Shown: positions 1-11,585 of the stretch, piece after piece | How the letters are laid out: the number at the start of each line of letters is the position of its first letter | How positions within the stretch are numbered: the first letter of the stretch is position 1 | NCBI GenBank assembly: GCA_010093815.1 | Contig: ML996584.1 | DNA length: 64,000 bases | From: Pseudovirgaria hyperparasitica | Lineage: Eukaryota | Direction: 5' to 3' (one strand) | Notes under the pieces: model-generated | Database searches by the model: none | What the model was told of the DNA's origin: nothing | What the model saw: the letters and a program-made list of their open reading frames with translations, nothing else | Position numbers and translations under genes: made by a program

Positions 1-757
1 TCGAGGCTACTTTATGTGTGACCCATCCATGTCCGTCACGGCGTACACGCATGGCAATACTAATGCCTAATGTCTAATGGACACGTTGGGAACGATTATT
101 ACAATGTTGATCAAGATAGAACACTAAATCGGAAGTTTTTGGAGACTTCATTGAGCGACTATGGCGGTATGGTCATTATGACATGCAACTATAATCACCT
201 GCTGCTGCTGACGAAGATCTCTTCGTCCCTCAATACTGTCCCATACGTGCTAGATTTTGTTGTTGGTGACGCGAGGGTTGGGACATAGTCGACAGTTGCC
301 TGGTCACTGCGGTCAAGTCAAGGGGTAAGACTGGTGAGTCGAATTCGGATGGAGATGCTAGTCCGGTGAGTGGCCCAGGTATCATTGTTAGAGGAACGAG
401 AATACTGGAGACTGGCGGTGACTGGAGTCTAGACAGCACAGAGAGCGATTAGGCCGCGAATGAAGATACAGAGGACAGTATACGTAAGAAGTAGGCGGTC
501 CACACGTATATGGACTGTAAATGTTGAATATTCTCTGGCTCACAGATCTTGAGGCTCGGGTCTCTGATACTTTGGGAACACATTACAGCTCACTCGTCCA
601 CAGTCAGAATCGTGAAAACGATACGCTTGCCCACCCTTTCATCAGTACCAGCGGCTAAGGAAGCAGATTTCCTTGGTCATGTGTTTGTCTGAAAACTTGA
701 CATGGATCCCTTTCAGATCTCAGGCGATATCTCTTTAGTTCCTGGTCGAGTACAATC

Positions 758-2017
758 TTAAAGCGCAACATCGTCAAATTTCTCGTTGTCTGGTGTATCC
801 GTACCGCCTTGCTGTTTAGTCCTCACGGGTATATGACCTGCTTCTGATGCCTTCTCATCATAATCATCCGTCTCTGTACCATTTGAGTCCTCATCGTCAT
901 TGTCTGGGCCCTCTTCACCATGTGAACTTGAGGGCTTGACATCCTCAACACGTGCTTTAGGTTCTTCGGTGGCGGTCTTGGGTTCAGGGGGTGCATCTGT
1001 CTCGTCCGTTTTTGGTGGAGGTGGTGGACCCTCTTCGTCATCTTCGCTCTCGACGTCATCCTCCTTTGCCGTGCCTGCTGCAGTCGTTCTGTCCGGGGTT
1101 GGCGGTGTCACTTCTGTGCGGGGGCTTGGCTGTGGTGATTTCTGCTGCTGCTGTTGTACTCCAGGGCCAACTTGTCGTAGTCGTGGATCAGCATTCAAGT
1201 AGTAGCCTCTCACACCCACTATCCGTCCTTCTCTTTCGCAGCCGATAAGCCAGTCTGGAACCACCACTGGTACATTCGTCTCCACAGCTCTTTCCCACAA
1301 TTGTCCTCGCCCTTCTGTGCACACAAAGTGTGTTGTGTCAATACGGACTTGGTCGACAATCTTGGCTCCGATCTTCTCAGCCGTCTTGTGCAGGCTTTCT
1401 TTCAGTTGTGCAGGCATCACACCAGGGGTAATAGTGATACCACTAAGTTCCGTCATCTTGTGGGTCCTGACTGTCAGGCGCTCCGAATTGAATGTCCCGG
1501 CGGATGTTCTCAGGACTAGATGGAACGTGTACTCTGTGTCCACAGCTAGTCCACTTATCTTCGTGGAGAGCGTTTCCGTCGGTCTAGGTATCGTGCCCGC
1601 CTTGCTGCCATTTCTATAGAGACTTAAGCTTCTAAGAGAGGCGGTAGCAATGTCCACTGGGTCCCATTCCAGAACTACTGATGTCTGCGTTGCATTGCGA
1701 CAGCGTAGGACGGGAGGTGAAGGTGCGCGCTGACCAAACGTACGGAAGATGGTATTCTGCAGGTTGCTGAAGGCTGAATCGGCTGCAGCCTCGGATTGAA
1801 GGTTGCGCGCAACGGTGATGTCGACTATCGATCCGGAGGATATATCTGGCGGTAGCAAGATGGAAGGAAATTCAATCTATGTAATCATTTGATCCTGTTA
1901 GAAGAGTGCTTAGAGTAATAGTACTTCACCCAGCTGTGTACTCACCAGCCGCTTGTCCTCTGTAAGCAGTACGGCAACACCAGCGTCAACTTTGCCGACG
2001 GTAAGTGACACGAGCAT
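758..2017 (-). CDS. CHS5: Chitin biosynthesis protein Chs5 (exomer subunit; FN3 + BRCT)
   Basis: Exon 1 (2017-1946) reads MLVSLTVGKVDAGVAVLLTEDKRL. A GT-AG intron (1945-1877) has a CTAAC branch site. Exon 2 continues IEFPSILLPP, then an FN3 domain (NATQTSVVLEWDP), a BRCT domain (IDTTHFVCTEG...PVVVPDWL) and an acidic tail. Confidence 0.95.
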
Positions 2018-2393
2018 CGCGGCTGATTGGGGAATTGCGAGCAAAGGTCTATTATTGCGGGCGCGGAAGTTGTTTACGGGTAACCTAACGACACAATATG
2101 AGTTATACATCAGCTACGCGCCTTGATGCCTGATGTTAGTGCCTGAATATCTAGGCGCTCGACTAGATGACAACTCCAGCATGACGTGGTAATATTGAAA
2201 ACATTTTCTAGTAAAGTTGAGATCACGAGAAGTGCAAACAGCAGTAGATTTTTAGTCCCCAACCAGTGAGGTCAACACTATATTTAGCAGGGGCAAACAA
2301 ATCTAAATCAACCTTTGACGTTAGAGCACCTACATCATCACGAACCTCAGACCACGCAACTGCTACACGAACACCGTTACTTTTACTATATCA

Positions 2394-3018
2394 ATGATGG
2401 GCCTCTTGGCTCAAACGGCACAGGCATCTGCTCTTGCGGCACTGTCTAATATTCTTGCGCAGATCATAACGGCCTACCGTACAAACGTAGGCCGCAATGC
2501 TGTACGGGAAATTTACGATGACTGACGCACCCTACACATAGTCCCATTTCCAGCTCGACTGGACACCCATCCTGCGCTTCGTCATATTCAGTATTCTCAG
2601 CACCCCACCCAACGTGCTATGGCAAGAGTTCCTTGAGTCGAAGTTTCCTAGCATGCGACCCAAGGACGATCCTGGTGCAAAGAAGAGAGAGGAAGACACA
2701 CCTACTGCAATGAAGAAGAAAGAGCTGGACCCTGGCAACACTGCGACAAAATTCTTGCTAGATCAGAGCGTAGGAGCGGCGTTGAATACCTGGGCTTTCA
2801 TCGCCTTCATCAGAGGCGTAAACGGGGCGAGCAAAGGCGAGGTGTGGACTGCTGTTGTCGAGGAATCATACCCACTATGGCTCGATGGGCTAAAGGTATG
2901 GCCCATCGTGTCTTTGATCAGCTTCACTGCCATCCCGGTTGAGAAACGAGTCATATTTGGGAGTGTTATTGGTGTAGCTTGGGGTATCTACCTCAGCTTA
3001 CTTACTGCAGACGTATAA
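2394..3018 (+). CDS. Mpv17/PMP22 family membrane protein
   Basis: Exon 2394-2486, intron 2487-2541 (GTAGGC...CTGAC...TAG), then exon to stop at 3018. Family motifs: SNILAQ, PPNVLWQEFLE, KFLLDQSV, KVWPIVSLISF, WGIYLS. Confidence 0.85.
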
Positions 3019-3408
3019 ACATAGCACATCTAGTTTGTCTCACTTAGCTAGGCATACCCGGGCGACAATACCCACACATTCATATGTCTGTGAACACTAG
3101 TCAGTGCTTACATAAATGAACATTATCTGATCATTGAAGAGTCCCCAAAAGCTTGAGCTAGTGCATCTCCGTCATGAAGCCTCACATCCAAGTACATATC
3201 ACCGTGGAGGCTCCCATCGGCTACAGTCGCTGCACGTGGACTTTCATCCCATAGAATCCGGAGCGAACAATCCCGACAGCTTGCCAAACTCGCCTTACTG
3301 GAGACAAGACTCCAAGCGATGTCGGCTATGTATCCGTGACATTTTGCTCACCCAGGTCGGCCAACGTTGGGGCTAGGAGCAAACTAGAGGGGGAGCTGCC
3401 GACGACAA

Positions 3409-3414
3409 CCGAGG
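3409..3414. promoter_or_regulatory. Possible FarA/Ctf1-type site (CCGAGG) upstream of methylcitrate dehydratase
   Basis: A single CCGAGG lies ~175 bp upstream of the ATG. It is the known core motif of fungal fatty-acid/propionate regulons, but one hexamer is weak evidence. Confidence 0.3.
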
Positions 3415-3586
3415 CGTGCAGGTAGAGCTAGGAAGCTATGTCAACTTGCTCCGTCTGTCTGCACAAAGATATCGGCTGAGACTTCTTTCAATTGAAGTTT
3501 CCTCTGCATTGTAAGTGCGCATCTTGCTCCCTGTAAGCGCTACTAATTTTCCTCCCCGATGTCCAGCTGATTGATAAACCCAAGAA

Positions 3587-5406
3587 ATGTCGACCCTCAG
3601 CCGAACCGTCCGGAGGAACATCTCCAACGTATCTCGCCAGAGACCCACAGCTTCGACCTATACACGAACAACACGTCCTGTAGCCTTGCAGCAATTTGTG
3701 TCTAAGACTACACCTGCAACCCACTCTCAACGAGCATCTTTTACTGCCATGGCCTCTCTCAAGTCCTCCGCTACCGAGTCCAGCCCCGTGCCGGCGAACA
3801 AGTTTGATCCTGAGATCGCTGATATCGCCAGCTACGTACATAACACAAAAATTGACTCGGCTCTAGCTGTGTGTAAAGGATTCAAAACAATATCAGAACA
3901 TTACTGACTGCAAGCAGTACGATACAGCAAGCTACATTCTGAGCGACACTCTGGGCTGTGGTCTGAAGGCCCTCGAATTCCCTCAATGCAAGAAACTCTT
4001 GGGTCCAGTTGTTGAGGGCACAGTCGTGCCCAACGGAACACGCGTTCCAGGTACTCCGCATCAAGTTGATCCTGTTTTGGGCGCTTTCAACATTGGTGCT
4101 ATGATCCGATGGCTCGACTTCAACGACTGCTGGCTTGCCGCTGAGTGGGGTCACCCTTCAGACAACCTGGGTGCAATTCTGTCGGTTGCAGACTGGATAT
4201 CACGGACAAATCGTGCCGGGGGCAAGCTAGGAAATGGCAAGGTCCTGAAAGTCAAGGATGTACTAGAAGCCATGATTCGCGCCCATGAGATTCAGGGGTG
4301 TTTAGCTTTGGAAAATTCGTTCAACAAGGTCGGCCTGGACCACGTTGTCTTGGTCAAAGTTGCATCAACGGCTGTTGTAGCTAAGATGATGGGGCTCACT
4401 GAAGGTCAGACTCGCGATGCAGTGTCTCAAGCTTGGGTCGATGGACAATCGATGCGAACTTACCGCCACTCCCCCAACACCATGTCCCGAAAATCGTGGG
4501 CTGCTGGTGATGCCTGCGAGAAGGCCGTCAATCTCGTATTGAAAGTGCAGAAGGGTGAGGGCGGGCTGCCGACGGTGTTGTCTACTCCCACGTGGGGCTT
4601 CTACGATGTCAACTTCGGTGGCAAACCCTTCAAGTTCCAAAGAGAGTACGGCAGTTACATTATGGAAAACGTCCTCTTCAAAGTGTCATATCCAGGTGTG
4701 TTTCTCTCATGTTTGTGTACATGCCATTGACTAACCATTTACCTCTGCAGCTGAATTTCATTCACAGACCGCCATCGAGGCCGCGCAGCGTCTTAATAAG
4801 AAGATTGCGGCCTTGGGTAAGACTGCTGCCGACATCGAAGAAGTCACAAATCGCACTCACGAAGCTTGCATTCGAATTATCGACAAGCAGTTCAAGCCTA
4901 TGGACAACTTTGCTGATCGTGATCACTGCGTTCAGGTAGATTCAAGTCCTGCAAATGTTATAGCATGTCTTGCTAACGCATCCTTGTAGTACATGGTTGC
5001 CGTCATGTTTGTTTTCAATCGCCTCGAAGCGACGGATTACAGCGATGGCGGTGAGGCCGCCACCTCCGAGCTCGTGGAGTCTTTGAGACAGCGTATCAAG
5101 TGTGTTGAGGACCCTAAGTTCACTGCAGACTATCACGACCCTGAGAAGCGATTCATCTCAAACGCTCTGACTGTCAAGCTAAAGGATGGCACCGTTCTCG
5201 AGGAGGAAGTAGTGGAGGCGCCTCTGGGGCATAAAGTCAGACGTGACGAGGCTAAGCCCCATATTCTTGCCAAGTTTGAGCGACACATCGGACCACACCT
5301 TGCAGAATCTCGGGTGAAGGAGCTGGTAGATTTGGCAAAGGACCCCAAGGCATTGGAGAGCATGGACGTGGACAAGTATGTTGACTTGTACGTGACGGAG
5401 GCATAA
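3587..5406 (+). CDS. PDH1: Mitochondrial 2-methylcitrate dehydratase (PrpD/Pdh1/McdA)
   Basis: R/S/T-rich N-terminal presequence. Motifs [63 protein letters not shown]. Three introns at ~3870-3917, ~4696-4750 and ~4936-4988. Confidence 0.95.
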
Positions 5407-6802
5407 GTGTTTTAGCCAGGTGCAAGATGTAGACTACCAATGAGTGTCACTGTGTCATCCTGACCAAGATGGAAAAAATACTGAGGACCCATCTACAGAA
5501 CTACCTAGACATAGCCATATTCTGATTGGCTGGAATTAACTGTTTCGAAAAGCAATGATCAACGGTGTACCACTGACAGTGCTGACAGCAAAATGCAGAC
5601 GTCTGCGCTATTATAACGATACTACAGTAGTCTGCAGTGTTGCATCGCTATCGTAATGGCACCCTCAGACGTGCAATGCTTTGGGGATCTAAATTTATGT
5701 ATCGGATGGGATGGCAAGGCCCCAGCTTTCCACTACTGCAAGTCGCGCGTGTCAGAAGATTATATATTGGGCCTTGGATGATACACTGGACCCTGATTAA
5801 CATGGAGAGGCTGGTAGGTACAGTAGCAGTGAGCGTAGACTTCTACTATGCAGTAACAGTCTTTTACAACTGTATAGATAAGATATATATGTATCTCATC
5901 TTCGACGCGATGATAAATACCTCTAGCTATATAGGGTCTAGATAGATGCCTAGGTAACCGCCCCGTTCTTTTTCCGATCAGCAGGCGTAGCATCATCATA
6001 TCATAGCACTAACGCCAAGGTCTGATACATTTCACATATGCAATTTGAAATTCGTAGATCAACTCATGTGTGTCAGCCACAAGTGGATTTTCTGTTAATG
6101 AGCACAATCTCTACACACACCAATACGTCATGTCGGACATTTGTCGACGGTGCAATGCGAGGTATTTTACGAGGTCTAGAAGTCGCGACGAAAATTCAGG
6201 GGGACACGGGTCAGTGAGTCCAGTGTCAGCTCGTGGGGATATGCGCGCGGCCCCTGGGTTAGAGTGGGGCTAAATGGCGGCTTCTAATTGGTGCCCGAGC
6301 AGAACACACTCCACCGCACCAGCGATCTGCGACAACCTAGCGCTACCAAGGTTCGTTTCAAACATCAGCCTCAACTCTTTCACACCACATCCTATCGTGC
6401 AAAGGATGGCCGACCCACTGCCGCGTAAGGATGGCCGGTCTTTATACCCAAAGTGACGAGCCGTCTTCTGACAATTGGAAGATGGACGCCCCGCTCGTCC
6501 TTTCAGCGTATACAATCTTTTGTTTTAGGTCGCATTCTTTTCTTGCACATTCTCCGTGATTAAAAAGACCTTCAACGACCGGCGGCTTGGAACGCTCTCG
6601 TTCTCATACATTCATTATACATTTGTTTACACTACTTTCCGTGAGATTTCGTAATTCCCTGAAATTGCTTTCGGCTGCAAACGGCATCAGTCAATATTAT
6701 TCCACGTTTGTCTATCAGCACACCAGAAGACTCACAGGCCTTGAGTATATTATACATTCCGCCCAGTACAGCGGATTCATATTTCGATTCTCTAAACTAA
6801 AC

Positions 6803-8117
6803 ATGGTTCAATATCTTAGCAAGGCCGTAGCGGCTATCGCTTTTCTTCCCTTTGCTGCGCACGCTCAGACATTCAGCGCTTGCAACCCGACCAAAAGTAC
6901 GGGATGCCCTGCTAATCCAGCTATCGAGACGAATTTTGAGTCCGACTTCAGGACTGGAGCGTCAGCTCTAAGCGGATGGACAATCACTTCTGGCTCCTTG
7001 ACCTATGCGAACGATGGAGCGGCCTTAACCATCAACAAACAAAAGGATGCCCCGACCGTCGCGACCAATGGATATTTGCTTTTTGGGCGGGTTGAAGTCA
7101 GGACCAAGGCTGCTATGGGTACGGGGATCATTAGTAGCATCGTTTTGCAGTCTGAGGACCTCGACGAGGTCGATTGGGAGTTTCGCGGAACTTTCGACAA
7201 CCAAGTCCAAACTAACTACTTTGGCAAGGGTGTAAGTTGGATTCAGCTCTGTAGAAACTGCTCTCGTTCTGACGTTTTAGAATACGACATCGTACGATAG
7301 AGGACAAACACACTCCGTATCAGCACCATTCACAAAGGCCCACACGTATATCGTGGATTGGACTTCTCAGAGGATCAACTTCTACATTGATGACGGCAAT
7401 ACCCCTATCCGCACGATCAATTATGCTGATGCCGTGGGTGGAAGAAATTACCCCCAAACACCCATGAATGTTCGAATTGGTATATGGGCTGGAGGCGATC
7501 CAGACAATGAGCCTGGCGTCATCCAGTGGGCAGGTGGTAAGACAGACTATACTCGGGCTCCCTTCACCCAGATTCTCGAATACGTCAAGATAACCAACTA
7601 TTCCCCGGGCAAGGAATATGTGTGGAAAGACCAATCCGGGTCCTACCAGAGCATCCAGGTCGTTCCCGGCACAGCAAACACTAAAGATCGCGCCGCGCCA
7701 AGGAGAGCTACATTTGCAAGCGAAGATACGGCGGCTGTCGATAACTCTATTGCTGCAAGAGGTGAATCCGATGCAATGAGAGGTCAACAGTATGCTGGCG
7801 CTGGAGAGTTCTATCCGACTGCTGTGGATTCCACCTCATGCACAACAACAACTTTGGTCGTCACCGTCACAGACAGTAGTGAGCCGACCGTGATTTACCC
7901 TAGCATGACAGCCTCGGCAATGCCATCGTCTCTCATGATGGACACTGCATCTCCCGACACGTTCCAACCCATATCGTCAATCCCGATTGCGAAACCAAGT
8001 GGACGGCCGACACCAGCCACTCCGTCTCCAGTTTCATTCACTGGCGCTGCTGCTGCACCGACGGCAATGGGCGGCGCTGTCCTAATGGCTGGTGCTATTG
8101 GTGCTTTATTGTTGTGA
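6803..8117 (+). CDS. CRH1: GH16 Crh-family chitin-glucan transglycosylase, GPI-anchored
   Basis: Signal peptide (MVQYLSKAVAAIAFLPFAAHA), CNP...CP, catalytic DLDEVDWE. Intron 7232-7280 joins NYFGKG-NTTSYDRG. Also YPQTPM...GIWAGGD, WAGG, an S/T-rich stalk and a hydrophobic C-terminal GPI signal. Confidence 0.92.
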
Positions 8118-8686
8118 AAAGCTGTACAGGAATACAATGTTGCCAAACCTTGTTAACCAGGTATAATTTATGTACCTGGAGTTTTCCACAGATGTTGAGA
8201 TGCACAAATCAAATATTCATGTACATACTTGTTCACTCGATCCAGCATCCAGACTTTTATACCGATATTTTCATTCTACGACCCTCAATTTGTGCCCTTT
8301 GCGGTCGCTCTCGCCACTCCGCTTTCGGCAGTCGGCGAAGCTCAATCATACAACAGTCTGCACTCCGCCGTTTATGTCGCCGATGTAGGAACTGACAGAA
8401 AACTGAGTGAACTCTTTGCAAATCAATGATATTAACACTTTATATGTCTTGTTAAGAGATTTAGACCGGTCTAAACACTTCAGACAGGTACATGCTCCTG
8501 AAGGTTTGTGAGCTCACGGTTACACCTAATTTGTTGAGTTGACAGGGACACCAACAGTTCACTTATCTCCATCTTGCCCGCAGTATCCCTCTCGCATCTG
8601 TCCAGATCCATCCGTGGGTACAAACTTCGATTTACCACCTCTTAAACGCGACGCCAGAGAGCGAACTGCGGTTTCTCGTTGGCACC

Positions 8687-9247
8687 ATGTCCGCCTTGAC
8701 GCCTGCGTCTTCGACACACCTGCTGTCCAGCACTGACACCAAAGAAAGTTCACCATCGCTGCTCAGGATCGTTGTTGTCGGTTCGCCGGTCATTATCACT
8801 CTGGCTCGCAGGACGTCCTTCCAATCTAGCTCCACCAGCGCCTCGAGCGTTGTCAGTGAAACAAGGCTTTCGCATCTCTACAACGATATGGGCGCCGACA
8901 GTACCCTGATCATAGCGAACATTGATTCGCAAGCTATAACACCCTCAAGCCTACCTGCTGTAGCTGCTCCGTCATCTTCGCTTCAAGGCCACTTGTTTGC
9001 CGACGTTCAGTTGACCTCAACACAACTCAACCCCGTCACGACATCCAGTTTAACCGGAACGTCTCTGCCCACGAGCACAGATAATGGAGACAAACCACTA
9101 CTTGAAGACACCCTCAGCGCATCACGCTTTACCGCGGTTTCGATTGCAGCAATATTTGCAGGCCTCGCGCTCGTTGGTGCGTTGCTCGCATACATGTACT
9201 TCCGGAGAGGCGTGAAGAAGAGGAGGGGTTCGGCAGGGATGAAGTGA
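8687..9247 (+). CDS. Hypothetical S/T-rich single-pass membrane protein (Mid2/Wsc-like topology)
   Basis: 186-aa ORF with an S/T-rich region, a hydrophobic helix (AVSIAAIFAGLALVGALLAYMYF) and a basic stop-transfer (RRGVKKRR). No clear signal peptide; start uncertain. Confidence 0.5.
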   Translation: MSALTPASSTHLLSSTDTKESSPSLLRIVVVGSPVIITLARRTSFQSSSTSASSVVSETRLSHLYNDMGADSTLIIANIDSQAITPSSLPAVAAPSSSLQGHLFADVQLTSTQLNPVTTSSLTGTSLPTSTDNGDKPLLEDTLSASRFTAVSIAAIFAGLALVGALLAYMYFRRGVKKRRGSAGMK

Positions 9248-9764
9248 GACAGCACATGGTATATGACGATGGTATTTCTTCGTTGGAGGATACTGTGCAC
9301 TCACGGCACGCAAGCCCTGGGGCTTCTTTGATTTGTCACTGAGGGAACTTGTAGTCGTTAGCACTGGGATACCAGGCATGTACGAGGGTCTTTACGAGCA
9401 TGAACATGTCAAGAGGGTTATGCGTAGTACAGATGACGAATGCGATATCAGAAAGGCATTCGTCAGTTGTCACTCATACTGGTTGAAAAATTACTTCAAG
9501 CCACACATAAAGGCAATACGGAAGGTGCCTCTGCATTCACTACCATGAAGATGAGTAATAAGCGTTTGCATGAATGCTCGATCTTCGTCAGAGTGGAAGT
9601 ATAGTCGTTTCTTATCATGATACTAGACCTTTTACGGAAAAGTGTATCCATAACGCGTTGTAAAATTACCTCTCTTGATGCTCTCCCATTCCTGACTTCT
9701 TCACAATTCATCAAAGTCATGTTGTGCCGAATCCCAGCTACTATAGCATTCACGTGAAGGCAAT

Positions 9765-11162
9765 CTAATACAGTCGCATACTCCCAGGAGTTGACCGAAA
9801 GGCTTCCTCGAGGATTGTCAGGCCTTCATCAAGCTGCGACTTGCTGATTACAATTGGCGGTGCAATTCTGAAAACGCCTCCGAAGCTTGCATGGCTGCTC
9901 AAATTCGCCCAGAGTCCTAGTTCATACGCCTTATCAGCAATCGATTTTGCAAGCTCGAGATCAGGCTTCTTTGTCTTTCGATCCCCGACAATCTCTACAC
10001 CCGCCATCAAGCCTCGTCCACGCACGTCTCCGATGCAGCCGTATCGGGTGCTGAGTTTGCGCAGCCCGGCATGAAGCTCCTCTCCAAGCGACTTTGAGTG
10101 CTGTACAAGATTATCACGAAGGACAAGCTCAAGTACCTTGTCGCCTACAGCTGCAGGAAGAGGATCGTTGACATGAGTGGTGTAGAAGCAATAGTCGCGC
10201 TCGACGCAGACGCGTTCAATCTCAGCGCTCGTAATCACTGCGCTCAGGGGCAGACCATTCCCAAGCGTCTTGCTCAATGTCAAAATGTCAGGCACGACGT
10301 CTTCGTACTCGATTGCCATGATGTTGCCGCACCTACCGACACCAGTCTGCGCTTCGTCGACTATCAGGAGCATGCCTTGTTCATCGCAATGTTTTCTGAG
10401 AGCCTTCAGATATCCTTTCGGGAGAACATGCATGCCAGCTGATGACTGGATGCATTCAACGATACATGCAGCCAATGATCCGCAAGACGCTCGATCGATC
10501 AGGCTCCAGCCATAGTTGAGCTCGGTCTCCCAGTCATATGAGCCATCTGTGTTTCGAAATATCGACCTATATGCGTTCGGCGCGGGTAACATGTGCATAC
10601 CAGGCATCAGAGGTCCTTGGCCTTTCCGCCCGTAGTGATACTGTGTTCCCAAAGCTTGTGCAGTCACGCCATGCCAACTAGCACCCAGGCCAACAATTTC
10701 GAACTTGCCGGTGTATACTTTCGCCATCTTGATCGCTGCCTCGTTGCTTTCTCCGCCGGTACTGAGGAAGAATGCTTTGTCCAACCCCGCTGGCAGTATT
10801 GAAGCGAGACGTTCCGCCAAGCTGATTACTGGAGGCGAGACCATCCCGGAAAACAGATGGTCTAAGCCCCGTGCATGGTCATGAATGACTTGGACTATTT
10901 CTGGATTTCCATGGCCGAGGAGACAGGACATCTGTCCAGAGGTCCAGTCAAGAATTCTGTGGCCTTGTGCTGTATAAACGTACATTCCATGACTTCCTGT
11001 GATTACATCTTTCTCAAATTTGGTCCCATAGTTGAGCAGGTACTTCTTCGCCTTGGACTCGAGATCGTCTTGATCGGCATTCTGGTACAGCTGTGGCTCC
11101 TGAGTCTTTCTCACAGAGATTGTTTCGGATGGCCTGATCTCTTCGGAAATAGGTGGCATCAT
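9765..11162 (-). CDS. dgdA: 2,2-dialkylglycine decarboxylase (pyruvate), PLP class-III aminotransferase fold
   Basis: Intronless 465-aa ORF. DGD-type signatures: ILDWTSGQMS..LGH, LSTGGESNEAA, SWHG, SSAG, DEAQTG, PLP lysine TLSKTLG, FYTTHVNDP, WANL, FRIAPP. Confidence 0.88.
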   Translation of the reverse strand: MMPPISEEIRPSETISVRKTQEPQLYQNADQDDLESKAKKYLLNYGTKFEKDVITGSHGMYVYTAQGHRILDWTSGQMSCLLGHGNPEIVQVIHDHARGLDHLFSGMVSPPVISLAERLASILPAGLDKAFFLSTGGESNEAAIKMAKVYTGKFEIVGLGASWHGVTAQALGTQYHYGRKGQGPLMPGMHMLPAPNAYRSIFRNTDGSYDWETELNYGWSLIDRASCGSLAACIVECIQSSAGMHVLPKGYLKALRKHCDEQGMLLIVDEAQTGVGRCGNIMAIEYEDVVPDILTLSKTLGNGLPLSAVITSAEIERVCVERDYCFYTTHVNDPLPAAVGDKVLELVLRDNLVQHSKSLGEELHAGLRKLSTRYGCIGDVRGRGLMAGVEIVGDRKTKKPDLELAKSIADKAYELGLWANLSSHASFGGVFRIAPPIVISKSQLDEGLTILEEAFRSTPGSMRLY

Positions 11163-11319
11163 GAGATAATTGAGAATGGAATGTGTGAGAGGTTGGCCGA
11201 GTGTTTCTGGATTTCACGCATCCAGGAGGTCAATATTGGAGGTCATATTTACGAGAAACACCATCGAAGGTTGCAGTTCTCGTGCCACACACCATTCTGG
11301 TGCCCGGGCTACCTTGTCT

Positions 11320-11518
11320 CCGCGGCAAACTTCCTGCGCGGCCATCTCTGATGAATGAGGACAGGGGATGCAGGTTCAAACCAGCGAGTCATACATTACT
11401 GACAGTCTCCACATTTCCTATAGCTCGTATCTTTGCTTGTCCGCGGAAATCTCACTTTACCGCGGTGCTCCTCGACAATAACAATGGTAAATAACTTTCC
11501 AGTATTACACTCCCGCGG
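11320..11518. promoter_or_regulatory. Four CCGCGG elements in the dgdA/TF divergent promoter (candidate Zn2Cys6 sites)
   Basis: CCGCGG at 11320, 11441, 11460 and 11513 within a 423-bp intergenic region. Confidence 0.55.
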
Positions 11519-11585
11519 CTTTCAAAGACATCTTCAACCGCGCAGAAGTCAAAGTCCTTGAAGTCTGCTTGCAGTCGTAACGATC

